Origin: Eledone cirrhosa
Lineage: Eukaryota
Direction of reading: 5' to 3'
Assembly (NCBI GenBank): GCA_964016885.1
Contig: OZ024740.1
Location: 34,844,001 to 34,908,000 of the forward strand
DNA length: 64,000 nt
Shown here: one piece after another, positions 26,606 through 40,063 of the stretch
Numbering within the stretch: position 1 is the first letter of the stretch
How the letters are laid out: every line of letters starts with the position of its first letter
Program-made: the position numbers and the translations under genes
The notes under the pieces: generated by a model
Databases searched by the model: none
What the model was told of the DNA's origin: nothing
The model's input: the letters and a program-made list of their open reading frames with translations, nothing else

Positions 26606-27518
26606 TTACACTGCTTAGGCCAATTAATCGTTTTGATCAAGAAACCCAACACCTTTTAAACTACTGTCATACTTTATTATTCTGGGTCATTAGTTTGATC
26701 TAATGCAATTTATTCTACTAGACAACTGTCCTAGCTTCAGAAACATCTACTTACGCTTGTGTTGTCTCACTGATTGGGGATATTATTTTCCTGTTTCAGT
26801 GAGTTATGTAACAGAATGACTAATATAAGTGCACTAATCCTAACATTTAAAATATTTTAGTCACTATCTTTAAAGATATTTACCCTCTCTGATTTCATAC
26901 ATCAATTTATTTCTCCTTTAGCTTAACTGACAGTAGATTTTTATTGTTCTCTTCATATTCCCTGTTTTAAAAAATCCTCGTATATCTGTTTTACACGACT
27001 GTGCATACAATTGTTTTAGAGATACGCTTCTGCGTTGTCTTTTCTAAGCTATACTTCCTCCTTTTATGTAATAAAATTGGTTAGAAAATAAAGATGTTCT
27101 TCTAGGATGCCATATAAAATCAATAAAACATGCGGTGAATCTCAAGAGAACATCATATTAATCAGTTTAAGTAATATTGTAAAAGTTAAAACAGTTGTAT
27201 TTGCAATGCTAGATGAAGATAAAAGCTTTCGGGTAATTTTAAATTTGTATCTGAAATATAAGAGAGGTTTCATACCAACAAAATGTAGCATGAACCATTA
27301 TTTAAAACACAACGAATTGATTAATAGTTATGGAAATATTTCGTTTAAGTAATATAGTATTATAATAGGAGTTACCATTATCCTGTAAAACGGGAGTTGG
27401 AAATAACCTTATAGCAATGAAAGAATATGTTTCGTTATGAACAGATTTCCAAATCTAACGAAGGTTTGGACATATTTTTTAAACTTTGATAAAAACGAAA
27501 ACCAGAATTTTGGATTAA

Positions 27519-27736
27519 TGGTTTCTTATATAGACACAAGGCCAGCAATTTTGGGGGAACGGAAAGTCGATTAAATCGACCCCAGTGCGTGACTGGTACT
27601 TTATTTTTTCGACCCCGTAAGGATGAAAGGCAAAGTTAACCTCGGCGGGATTTGAACTCAGATCATAAAGGGCCGTAACTCTATGCTGCAAAGCATGGCG
27701 TCTGACCCTCTACCGATACTGCCAATCCACCGCCCT
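27519..27736 (-). mobile_element. SINE family 2
   Basis: Full head, central domain and 3' end. Confidence 0.88.
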
Positions 27737-27934
27737 TTTGGATTAATGAAAACGAATGAGATTTAGGAAATTCAAAGGAATAAAAGCATTATAAATTAAC
27801 AATGCCACCTAGAAATGAATTGTTGAATATATATTATGTGACCACCGAGACGGAAGTTGGCACAAAAATACTTTATTTTCAAAGAACTTTGAAATTTGTT
27901 TTAGACTTATTTTCGCTTTTAATTGCACAACTCA

Positions 27935-28075
27935 CCACCATAGGCGCTGAGCTGGCCAGCCGCAGGTGGGAGCCTCGCGAGCTGAAATGGCTTTTCCAGC
28001 GCGTCTCCCTTGCGGCCCTCCGGGGAACACCTTCTCCATTCTGTCCGCCGGGGCTGTGGGGAGGCCACCGATATG
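27935..28075 (+). mobile_element. CRE-like LINE extreme 3' coding fragment
   Basis: GC-rich island reading EPRELKWLFQRVSLAALRG, matching the CRE C-terminal FQRxSxAxxRGN motif. Confidence 0.65.
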
Positions 28076-28359
28076 ATTGACTGACTTGTCATTTTATCAG
28101 TCAGATGTTTTTAGACATCACCCAGTTAAATATGATACCTACCTACATACGTAAAGGAAATAAAACATATAGCTGTCACCCAGGTTTTGAAATGCTCTAA
28201 AAACGCCGTATGTCAATACGGTGTCCCTACGACTCCCCTCCCTGGAGACACGGGACTAGAGGTAAACAGAACTCATTAAAGAGTTGAATATATAATTCTT
28301 CTTAAAGTATTTGTATTGCAGAAAAACAAAACAAAATAAATCAAATTTGATATTTTCAG

Positions 28360-28451
28360 TTTTGAACAAACCGGAAGTTAAAAGTACAGATGAAGAAAGT
28401 AAAACCGAAAAGGAAACAAAAAAGAATGATAAGGTATCATTTATTCAATTG
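28360..28451 (+). CDS. ABCB1: ABCB1-like exon (LNKPEVKSTDEESKTEKETKKNDKVSFIQL)
   Basis: ttttcag acceptor and gtaagt donor. The phase-0 end VSFIQL joins FRYAT at 50544, as in the P-glycoprotein VSVFSM|FRYS junction. Confidence 0.8.
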
Positions 28452-28659
28452 GTAAGTAGATAATAAAACAGCATCTATCTGTCAACTGTTGCTTTACATT
28501 TTAACGACATTAAAAAACAAACTATTTTGTTATAATAATTGTTTCTACAGCAATTTGAAGGGAAGGGTAAAGTCGATTAAATCGACCCGAGTGCGTAACT
28601 GGTACTTTATTTTGTCAAATTAATAAAAAAAAAAAATTAATTTAACAGCTTAAATAAAT

Positions 28660-28712
<53 letters not shown>

Positions 28713-28933
28713 TTTTATCATTTATTTTGTTTTGACCTGTTTAGCTTGATTTGGTTTTTGGATTGGGTGGTTAATGCCTTCTTGACCACCTTTTCAGTTT
28801 TGTATGGCTTCTTAACACATTGTTTAGCTCTGGTTTTTAACTATTGAGCACTTTGCCAGTACCATTTCTGATTTTTGCGTTTCGCTTCGCTTTTCCTGCC
28901 CGCCGGAAATGCGATTCTCGCTGAATCTTTATT

Positions 28934-28969
<36 letters not shown>

Positions 28970-28976
<7 letters not shown>

Positions 28977-29946
28977 GGAAAAAATGAAACGAAATTTCAT
29001 TTCTCACTCTTAGTACGGCTGTTACTTAAATATAAGTATGTACACGTACATACATATATGTATACAGACGTACAGTAGTATGTATATATATATACATACA
29101 TGCACACATATATATATGTACGTATGGATTCACCAAACATTTATTATAATGCTCGGTGTGTTTGTAAACAAACATCCCGAATTAAGCCGTACAGTGTCTA
29201 GCAACCACCGTTGCTCATTTGTTCAACACTGACAAAGGAACGCTGTACTAGCTATCGTCAGCAACGTATACCTTCCTGCCAGATGATTGAACGTCTGAAA
29301 GTATATACTTTCCTTATGCATATTAACGGCTGAGCAGCCTAATTTGCATATCGAGCGAGTTAATCGGCCGGGCGCACCCAAAACGATAAACGGAACAAAT
29401 GAGCAACGATGGTTGCTAGACACTGTACGGCTTAATTCGGGATGTTTGTTTACAAACACACCGAGCATTATAATAAATGTTCGGTGAATCCATACGTACA
29501 TATATATATATGTGTGCATGTATGTATATATATATACATACTACTGTACGTCTGTATACATATATGTATGTACGTATACATACTTATATTTAAGTAACAG
29601 ACGTACTAAGAGTGGGAAATGAAATTTCGTTTCATTTTTTCAGTTTATCGTTTTCGGTGCATCCGGCCGATTAACCCACTCGATATGCAAATTGGGCTAC
29701 TAGCCGTTAATATGCATAAGGAAAGTATATACTTTCAGACGTTCAATCATCTGGCAGGAAGGTATACGTTGCTAATAAGCTTGAAACTAGTACAGCGTTC
29801 CTTTGTCAGTGTTGAACAAATGAGCAACGGTGGTTGCTAGACACTGTACGGCTTAATTCGGGATGTTTGTTTACAAACACACCGAGCATTATAATAAATG
29901 TTCGGTGAATCCATACGTACATATATATATATGTGTGCATGTATGT
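28970..29946. repeat. ~420-bp tandem unit that switches orientation at ~29393 and is interrupted by the RTE
   Basis: 29393-29946 mirrors 28975-29393 in a permuted register. The unit resumes at ~34065-34122. Confidence 0.8.
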
Positions 29947-32900
29947 CATCATCATCATCATCATCATCAACGTTTAACGTCCGTGTTCCACGCTTGCATG
30001 GGTTTGGACGGGGGTTTTCCCACTTGAGGCAAGAGTGATTGTCTTGCTCGCATAGGACTGTCTGGAGGGTTTTCTACAGCTGGATGCCCTTCCTAACACC
30101 AACCACATTTACAGTGTGGGGCTGGGAGGTTTTTACCGTGTTGCCTACACGGCCACATTACAGCGTGGACTGTCTGGCGGGTTTTCTACAGCTGGATGCC
30201 CTTCCTAACACCAACCACATTTACAGTGTGGGGCTGGGAGGTTTTTAACGTGTTGCCTACACAGCCACATTACAGCGTGGACTGTGTGTTTTTTGTCGTG
30301 ACACCTACACGATCTCATTTGTTTCGGCCTGGATGTTGTGGCACCAACATAACTTTACATTGAAAGGGGCGGTGTGGATGGGGTGGGGTGGGGGGGGGGG
30401 GGGTGTATTTTGTTAGAGATGTCTATTGACTGTAGTAGGTTTTACTTTGTATTTAGGTAAGGCGGGTCTTCTCTATTACTGAGTACCGCCAAAGGTCTCG
30501 GTCCAGTGACATTGTCTTGGAGAGGTGTAAGTGTGTGAGGTCGGAATTTATCAGCTCGTCCCAGGTTTTTCTGGGTCTGCCTACTCCGTGGCTACCGTCT
30601 ATCTTCATTGCCCTGCACTTTGTTATACAGCTATCGTCTTTCATGCGCATCACGTGACCATACCAACGTAGCCTTCTCTCGAGTAAACAACATCTGATCC
30701 CTCTTATTTTTAATTTTTTCCTTAGTTCGTTTATGCTTTGCCGTTCACGTATATTACTATGACACATTCAGCGGAGCATGCAAGCTTCGTTCCTCTCTAG
30801 TCTGCGTATATCCTCTGCACACAATGCCCAGGTCTCACTGCCATGCAACATTGCTGTTCGTATGCAGGCATCATACAACCTGCCTTTCATTTTTAGGGAG
30901 AACCCTTTAGCGGCTAATAGTGGTATAAGCTCTCTGAACTTTTTCCATCCAGTTCTGACTCTAGCTACTGTACTTTCAGAGCACCCTCCCCCACTGCTTA
31001 TTTTGTCACCCAGGTAACGGAAGCTGTCCACTATTTCTATAGGACCCTCTGCGCAGTTGAAAGAGCTAGTATTTAGTGGGCACTTGCTGCTACTTATTGC
31101 ACCAGAGCACCGGCCACATGTAAAATCTATGTTCTTAGTTAGCTTACCTGTGATCCCACTACATCTTTTATGCACCCATACTTTGCATTTGGGACACAAA
31201 ATGGAGTTTCTACCTACGCCTTTCCTACACACTGAGCATGGCCACTTCCCGGAAGGGACCGCCGCCTTATTTTCTTTCTTACAAACTAGAACTTTAATCT
31301 TAGCCAGGTTAATTTTAAGGCCTTTTGATTCTAGGCCGTGCTTCCATGCTTGGAATTTCTTCTCTAGCTCGGCCATTGATTCAGCTATGAGTGTTAGGTC
31401 ATCTGCGTATAGGAGTTCCCATGGGCAGCCGGTCTTGAACTCCTCTGTTATAGCCTGAAGGGCAATAATAAATAGTAGGGGGCTGAGAACAGATCCCTGA
31501 TGGACGCCAACTTTTACGCTAAACTCTTTACTATATTCGTTGTTAATTCTAACCTTGCTGACTGTTTCTTTATACATGGCTTGTATAGCTCTCACAAGCC
31601 ATTCGTCAACACCTAGTTTTCTAAGAGTCCACCAGATAATGGAACGGGGGACTCTGTCGAAGGCTTTCTCCAAGTCGACAAAAGCTAAGTATAGGGGTTT
31701 ACTTTTAGCTAGGTACTTCTCCTGTAGTTGTCGTACAATGAAAAGAGCGTCTGTGGTACTTTTCCCTGACACAAACCCGAACTGCATTTCATCTAGATCA
31801 ATTCTCTCTCTGATTAGTTGCGCTATTACTTTTTCCGTGACCTTCATGACCTGGTCGATTAATTTAATGCCTCTATAGTTACTCCTATCTAGGGCATCTC
31901 CTTTACCCTTATAACAGTTAACGATGATGCTGCTACGCCAGTCCTTCGGAACAACCCCATTCTGTACGACTTGGTTAACTATCCGGGTGACCATGGTGTG
32001 TCCCACCGTACCAGATGCCTTCAGCATCTCAGCAACTATTTCCGAACGCCCAGCCGCCTTACCCGTCTTCATATCTTTGATTGCCTTGCTTATTGTACTA
32101 CCCTGGACTAACACTGCTGGTCCCTCTATTGGGTCGATGTGGGGGAGACTGTCTTTCTCCCATTTATTCTCCTCATTTAGTAGCCTTTCGTAGTGACACT
32201 TCCAAGCTACCTTCTTATCAGCGTCGGTGATGGCAAGTACGCCGTCATCATTAAGTACACACTTCTCCCCGACAATATCACTGTTTTCCTTGACACATTG
32301 CCTAGCAATCCTGAACACCTCACGTTTTTGGTCCTCGCGATGTAGAACATGCTTGAACTTTCTTTCCTCTGCTTCCCTTCTTGCGAAGTACACCTGTCTC
32401 CTAGCTTCCCTCCTGGCCACTTGATAGTCTTCTCTACTTCACCCATCCCACCATACTTTCCAAGCCTGCTTTTTGGCCTTAATTGACCCCTTCACCTTAC
32501 TGTTCCACCACCATGTTACTCTCCTCCTGCCTACAGGCCTGCTCCAGCCACAGACTTCGTCTGCCGCCATCAGCAGGTTTGCTTTCAGGAATTCCCACTG
32601 TTCCTCTATATTATCTGACTCTAATTGCTCTTCCTTACTGTCGAAAGCATCAAGTAACATGCTTTGAAATTTATTTATGGCTGTGGGGTCCTTTAGCTTC
32701 CATATTTTTCTCCTGAGGATAGTCCTCTTCTGCTGTCTAGTACGTCTCTTCCTGACTATTAGGTCGCTAATTATCAGTCTATGTTGGGAGGTGCATTCTT
32801 CATGGGGGAGGGATTTAGTGTTTACAACAGACACTCTGTCACGTCTTCTGGTAAGGATATAATCTACCTGGCTTGTGTGTTCCCCCGATCTATAGGTGAT

Positions 32901-34063
32901 CAGGTGATTGTCATGTTTTTTTAAGTTAGTGTTGCAGATAGTTAGGTTATTTGCGTCACAGAATTCCAGGATTCTGGAGCCTTCCTCATTTCTAGTACCA
33001 AACCCATAGCCTCCATGGATTTCATCGTAGCCGTAACAATGTTGTCCAACGTGACCATTTAGGTCGCCTGCAATAATTATATAGTCACTGTCGGTTATTT
33101 GGGAGGTAGTGAGCATCAGTGTCTCATAGAATCTGTCTTTTATAGTGCCGGGCAGTCCGGATTGGGGTGCGTACGCAGATATTACTGTCACCGTAGTTCT
33201 ATTGAGGACAAATCTTATTTTAATTATTCTGTCGTTCACTCTATTTACGTCTATTATCTTATCTGCCCACTTTTCTGCTACCATGATTCCTACTCCACCC
33301 AGCCCATTGTCATTTCCCACCCAGAAAAGCTTATAGCATCGTTTTTTACCCACAATGAATCTAGCAGACCCACCCCTCCACCTGGTCTCTTGAATACAAC
33401 AAACATCGACCTCCTTACGTTCAAGCATTTCTACAAACTCGTTAGAGCGACCCTTTAAGGTGCCTACATTCATGGTACCAACTCTGAAGTTTTGGATTGC
33501 GTTTGGAGGGTTGGAGCGGTGGGGCGCGGGGGTAGATGGAGTTATGTTAGCCATCCGCGGCCGAAACAAAGAGGAGTGATCGCATTCTCGTCCACGAGGT
33601 GAATTTGTCTTTATCTTTGGCATTGTCGCTGAGCGTCCAGATTTTTCTCTCTTCAACTCTCCAGAATTCCGTAGTCCATCCATCCATCATATCGAAAGGC
33701 AACCAGGTAAGCGATAGTATAGGCTTCTGGCTTATGATTGGTCCACGTAATAATGATGGTGGTGCGTGGGGGCGGGCGGAAGGGATGTTGAGTTGTTAGC
33801 GAGAAGGTGAGGTTTAAATAAGATCCTCGTATTTAACAAGCAATAACAAAAACAAAAATACAAGATTTGTTTTTGAAAATACGACAAAAACATCGTATTT
33901 AACAAGCAATAACAAAAATACAAGATTTGTTTTGGAAAATACGACAAAAATACAGGAGGATTTGTTTTGGAAATACGATAGAGTAGCGAGGCAAGATTGG
34001 ATTCGGGGAAGAGAAAATGCTATAGAATTGTCGGATGGGGTGGACTATGGAATTGAGTGGAGT
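29947..34063 (-). mobile_element. Near-complete RTE-clade LINE (APE endonuclease, RT, PHD finger)
   Basis: ORF 32439-33683 (MNVGTL, IQETRW, YAPQ, GDLNGHVG, VDYIL, SQHRL), ORF 30768-32420 (DLEKAFD, GVHQGSVLSP, YADD) and ORF 30453-30767. One frameshift at ~32430 and one premature TGA at 30768. (GAT)n tail, possible tatgt target duplication. Confidence 0.95.
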
Positions 34064-34836
34064 ATATGTATATATATATACATACTACTGTACGTCTGTA
34101 TACATATATGTATGTACGTATGTACTATGTCAGGTCACCACTTGGTGCTACTGGTAACATGTATCCCAGTACAACCTGTCTCATGGTCGGGTCGTTGGCG
34201 ACTAAACTGGCAACCCCACCAAGGTTTCTTGGTGAGGAGGGTGACTTTGGACATCCTGCAGGACTAAAAACAAAACCTGTCAAAGGGCAAAGGAGCTCTT
34301 AAGAGTCAATGGCCATCCAAAATCACTGGGAGAGATGATCCCTTAGCCTTTGTCAAGGCAGAATTCTAGGAGAAGGAAATCTCTGATATAACACCTGCAA
34401 CCCTGATGGTATCCAATGATGTTGACTTGTTCTTCTTTTTGGTAAATATCATCTTGGTTAAGAGAGTGGGACTGGCTTTGTGCAGTGCCTTTGCTCACTA
34501 TAAAAGCTTCACAGCACAGGCATTGCTTTATATCTGGAGATCTCTCTGCACTTGTCGTCACATGGTACCAAAGGCAAAGCACTATGTGTCAATAATTGTC
34601 ACAAGTGTAGTGTTTGTACCAGAGTTTTCAAGTCACTGGCTGGACTAAAAAGTCACACTCGTTCAGCGCATCGGTAGGGGTTCTCCTACATGAATATAAA
34701 GTAGTGGCCGTACTCGAAAACGAGTTGGCAGCCACCATGTACGTATACATACTTATATATATATACAACAAAGAAAGTGTGGTAAGAAACCAGGTGACAG
34801 ATAGGCTGAAACACACACACACAAACACCCTCATAC

Positions 34837-34867
<31 letters not shown>

Positions 34868-35713
34868 TCCCTAAAACCATATTCCAATAATAGAATTTCT
34901 CTTACACTCCTGCTGCTGCCATAGAACTTACCACTAGCTTACAATTCCCCATCCCCTTTTGAACTCTTGACCAGTCAATTAACACAATCAGATATACACA
35001 CATATATTTATAGGATGTTTCCAAAACAGAACTTTATTCTGTGAAGAAACAGCTGCTGCTATCTTCACTACCTCCTCTCTATTAACAAGAACTCATTCTC
35101 CAGCCAAATTTTGAGCAAGATGGAAGAAAACTTACTCCAACATTTGATTTTAATTTTAAAGCTTTAGTTTTTAGTTTTTAACTCCTATCAATTCTTTTTA
35201 ATTTTTTATTTTACTCAACATTTGATAAGATGAATGTTAATAGTACATCGAAACCGGTAATACTTTATATACTTTATATACTTTATATACATTATAAAAC
35301 TTTTTTTTAAAAAGAATTGTCCCTCTCATTTTTCAATGTCACTTTGACGAATCAAAGAAAGGATAAAAAAAAACAGACCCTTAAATAGTAGTATTGTGAC
35401 CTGTAAAAACTAACACTCTCCCATCCCCTCTGGCTTTCGGCTGACTGCCACAGACGGGACGGGTAGCAGTAATCTATGGTACAGGCCTAAATGGGTCATT
35501 GTTTGGCTGAGAGGGTGAACTGACTAAGCGAATTTCGTTGAAATCTGCGGTAGTTAATGGTCAACTTCCTTCGGACATGCGCCTGCGCAGACCGGTGGGG
35601 GTGAATTGGTACTCACAGGTGAACGGATGAAGAACCCAAAAGCACACACTTCGTCCGTTCCCATGTCGATTCAACTTGGATTGCCTCGGAAACATAACCT
35701 TATTATGTAACAA

Positions 35714-35787
35714 GCTGTCTGATGATGTCACGACACTCGCACACAGAACAGTGTGGCCAGTGTCGTCATTGAAATATATGTCACAGC
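35714..35787 (+). ncRNA. Type I hammerhead ribozyme without a mirror copy
   Basis: GCTGT-CTGATGA-long stem II (acgacact/agtgtcgt)-GAAA-TATATG-TC-ACAGC. Confidence 0.85.
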
Positions 35788-36263
35788 ATTATTATTAAAG
35801 GACTTGAACATCTGAAACTACTTCGCTTTTACTTATTCTCTCTCTATATATATATACAAATAAATTATCGAGAATCGCATTTCGGCCCACGAAATAACGA
35901 AAAACAACCTCCGAGATGTGTGGCAAGTGCTCAATGATTCAGATGAACCAGAGCTATAACAAACGTTAAAGGCCAAACACACTGAGACAATGGTTAAACA
36001 ATCATCCGCACAACCAAAAAACGATCAAGTAATTCGGGTCAAACAAATAAAAATATATGTGATTGAAAAATTTATCCGGCGTGGGGATCGGCAAGGGAGG
36101 CAACTCCTATATCAGGCGAATGAATTCAGTTGTGTATATTATTGCAAGAATGCAAAACATCACAAATCGAATAGAGTTCTCAACAGAAGGGTTAAAGTTA
36201 ACATAAGCTATTCATCAGTCAATAGAATCAACTAAAAAATCAAGAAAATTAACTGGTCAATAG

Positions 36264-36313
<50 letters not shown>

Positions 36314-36317
<4 letters not shown>

Positions 36318-36528
36318 GTGGAACACTGGAAGGTAATATCAGTAGTGGTAGAGCACTCAGTCCAAGGGACGTGTTAGGTAGAAGTGATTACACAACAGTT
36401 AGTTCACCATACCGAGAACAATTGTTTCACCTTAGCGGATCTTCAGCTCGGAATGGGCATGGTTATAGGAACAGAAGGTGAAACAATTGTTCTCAGTATG
36501 GTGAACTAACTGTTGTGTAACCACTTCT
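36314..36528. mobile_element. Mini fold-back PLE end with compact hammerhead (36412-36451, minus)
   Basis: CCGAG-CTGAAGA-tCCgctaaGGt-GAAAC-AATT-GTT-CTCGG, inverted arms, (TA)n flanks. Confidence 0.8.
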
Positions 36529-36683
36529 ATATATATATATATATATATATAAATGAAAAGTATAGAAATTATTGTAGCAAGAAGCTAACAGTATTCCATA
36601 ATATATAATATATAAATGAATATATATATATAGCTAGAACACTGGAAGCTAATATCCGTAGTGGTAGAGCACTCAGTCCAGTA

Positions 36684-36721
36684 CGAGCTGAAGATCCGCT
36701 AAGGTGAAACAATTGTTCTCG
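36684..36721 (+). ncRNA. Compact hammerhead in a second copy of the same family (36632-36752)
   Basis: CGAG-CTGAAGA-TCCGCTAAGGT-GAAACAATTGTT-CTCG. Confidence 0.75.
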
Positions 36722-36749
36722 GTTTGGTGAACTAACTGTTGTGTTACTA

Positions 36750-36792
<43 letters not shown>

Positions 36793-36796
<4 letters not shown>

Positions 36797-37701
36797 AAAT
36801 GAAAATCCGAAGGCAAGGTAAAATTCCAATCATTTAATCACGACACATGTTTCAATAAGAGATAGATCGATTGTGAAGCCATGATCGATTATCACTGATC
36901 TCATCAGGTGAAAATGAATTGTCTTCAAATTCTTGATATGAGGGAGAAAAAACGATGTTCTCTCACAGAATTCATTCCCTCATATGGAGACACACCAGTC
37001 AGTCAGAGACACGGCGACTGCTATTAGCTTTAGTTGAGGTCATAAAAGTTTTCAGATTTCTATCGCTGCAAAAGACGCTGGACATCAATCAAATCTGTAG
37101 GGATACAGTCAGTAACAGTTAAAAGTGAGTGGGGACACACACACTCCACACCTACATACATCGGCTCGAGGTCAAAGAAAAATATATACATATATATACA
37201 CACATCAACACAGTATTAAACCCGTAGATACTGACACACCATTAATGGGCCTACACACATCCTTTGGATTTTACTGTCCTGTTTTTTCTTACTTCACCTT
37301 GTGTTGGATAACACACCGCCACCACTCAAACAACTATCTTAAAAGCTCATTGGCCCATGTGACGGGAAATCGCACTTGCGGGCGCATTTACCCAATACTC
37401 AACCCTATACGGAGCCCTTTGCCGGCCCACATTGCAGTTGCTTGCACGCACGGATTTGGTGACTCGGATTCTCAACTGGACAACGGTACACAAGGAGTTC
37501 GACATGAGCTGTTTGCTTGCTCTTCACATGGATGTGTATATACCCGGACATACCCCCCCCCCCATTTTTGGACGATTCCGATGTGTATATACCATATACC
37601 ATAACACACACTTGAAGATATGGATGTTACAATTGGATCTATACACGTATAGCGGAACACTGAACTGAACTGAACGTGCGTGCGTGCGTGCGTGCGTGCG
37701 T

Positions 37702-37749
<48 letters not shown>

Positions 37750-38499
37750 CGTTGGTTAACCCAATATTTCCAATTTACATCGTCAAATTGAGATTTGACC
37801 AACATAGCTTCTGTTGCTTTGCGAACTAACCTTTGGTGAGTGCTGTGTTGGTACATTCTTATATTTGTTTTTTCTCGGACATCGCTTCGGTGTGTGTGAA
37901 AGTGTGTGTACCCACCCACGCTAATTCTACGGGTTTAATACTGTGTTGATGTGTGTATATATATGTATATATTTTTCTTTGACCTCGAGCCGATGTATGT
38001 AGGTGTGGAGTGTGTGTACCCACTCACTTTTAACTGTGACTGACTGTATCCCTACAGATTTAATTGATGTCCAGCGTCTTTTGCAGCGATAGAAATCTGA
38101 AAACTTTTATGACCTCAACTAAAGCTAATAGCAGTCGCCGTGTCTCTGACTGACTGGTGTGTCTCCATATGAGGGAATGAATTCTGTGAGAGAACATCTT
38201 TTTTTTTTCCCCTCATATCAAGAATTTGAAGACAATTCATTTTCACCTGATGAGATCAGTGATAATCGATCATGGCTTCACAATCGATCTATCTCTTATT
38301 GAAACATGTGTCGTGATTAAATGATTGGAATTTTACCTTGCCTTCGGATTTTCATTTTGATACTTATACTCCGTTTTATATAATCTAGCTGTTGCCTCGA
38401 ATGGAATTGGAGATATACAAAAGCGTGGAGAACTTAATATTGCTAACATAAAGTTATTGGACCATTTTACACAACCAATAATGCACCTTACTATATAAC

Positions 38500-38503
<4 letters not shown>
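36793..38503. mobile_element. Fold-back PLE with ~435-bp inverted pLTR arms
   Basis: Arms 36793-37228/37926-38362 and tail 38363-38503. The minus-strand spacer reads RLVRKATEAMLVK, resembling the GIY-YIG C-terminal R..E..I motif. Confidence 0.85.
38243..38316 (+). ncRNA. Type I hammerhead ribozyme (mirror at 36838-36911, minus)
   Basis: TCAC-CTGATGA-extended stem II-GAAAC-ATGT-GTC-GTGA. Confidence 0.8.
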
Positions 38504-38572
<69 letters not shown>

Positions 38573-38573
<1 letters not shown>

Positions 38574-39858
38574 GTGGTAACAGATTATTGTTATAGGTAG
38601 TCCAGTTATGGTACTCCGAGTAGTGGATGATATGAACGCTTGGCTAAGTTTGATTCAACAAAGCGTTCCCATAGTGATGCTGCGAGTACGCAGTAATTTC
38701 TATGTTGTAAACACTTGGAGTAATGATAAATCAGGAAAGAAGAGTGACACAGTTTGCTATACAAAAAAGGTTTTTAATCTCATTGCTGACAATTGTTTCT
38801 CTGAACTGGTAGGTCTAGAGATCGCTACCCGCTTGTTTTCACGTTATTCGATCACCAATACAAAGTTATAACCAGTCAATTCATCGGAGCTTGTGAGAAT
38901 GAAAGGAATATACAGGCATGGCTACTATATATAGTAGTAATGGCATTCAATCAGAACAATAACAACAATACTAACAATGCTAGCAATAAATTATTTGAAA
39001 TAATAACAACATCAATCTAGGTGGGAAATATAGTATATCTACGATTTTAGCATGTAAAACTAGCTGACATGAGGCAGATGTATAAAATTGACATGTAAAA
39101 GCTGTCATGGGGTGTATTATATATAGTGAAAGATAAGCCGGTGGCTTTAAACAATGTAGGTCTGGTGGCCGTAAGAATCATTTATTATCTGACATGAAAA
39201 ATGTATACTGTAGTAAGGATAGTAATATTTGTGGTGTTAGGTTCAATATTTGTGTGGTCTATATTAGATGAAAGGGTTGTCTAGCTTTCTCATCATCAAT
39301 AACATACATGTATAAGACAACATTAATAGAGTAGCAATATAATAGGCAAGTTAATACAGAGGTTAAGGAGGCAATGTATATATACATATATATATATATA
39401 TACATAACGAAGGAAATGTGGTAAGGAACCAGGTGGACCATAACGCACCAAAGTACTCAATACTTAGGGTAGTAGAGTGGGTAATAGGAACGAGTAGGAC
39501 CCCTACGGCTGAGCTCAAGCCGTTTCGACGGCTAATTTTGTCCAGAATTAGCCGTCGAAACGGCTTGAGCTCAGCCGTCGGGGTCCTACTCGTTCCTATA
39601 TATATACATATATATATATATAAAGAGAAAACATGCTGACTACAATTACTACTATATATAGTAGCCATGCCTGTATATTCCTTTCATTCTCACAAGCTCC
39701 GATGAATTGACTGGTTATACCTTTGTATTGGTGATCGAATAACGTGAAAACAAGCGGGTAGCGATCTCTAGACCTACCAGTTCAGAGAAACAATTGTCAG
39801 CAATGAGATTAAAAACCTTTTTTGTATAGCAAACCGTGTCACTCTTCTTTCCTGATTT
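38573..39858. mobile_element. Fold-back PLE end containing a nested family A copy (39405-39597)
   Basis: Arms ~38725-38940/39645-39858 and tail 38573-38725. Confidence 0.8.
39696..39801 (+). ncRNA. Hammerhead variant (CCGATGA core), mirror at ~38783-38891
   Basis: GCT-CCGATGA-long stem II (actgg/ccagt)-GAAAC-AATT-GTC-AGC. Confidence 0.7.
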
Positions 39859-40024
39859 ATATATATATATATGTATTAGAAAGTGAGGTTTTTTTACAAA
39901 ATGAAAAATAACCGAGGTGTCCTACACGAGTGAATGTAAAAAGAAAAAAAGATGAAATCGAAAATGCAACTGGAGTCTTATTTAAAAAAATATATATATA
40001 TTTATTTGGTTCCTTTACCGGTTT

Positions 40025-40058
<34 letters not shown>

Positions 40059-40063
<5 letters not shown>

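Noticed and set aside
30768-30770. Programmed readthrough of TGA in the RTE
   Set aside because: It is more simply explained as a TGG-to-TGA mutation at an expected Trp (MLRWMC).
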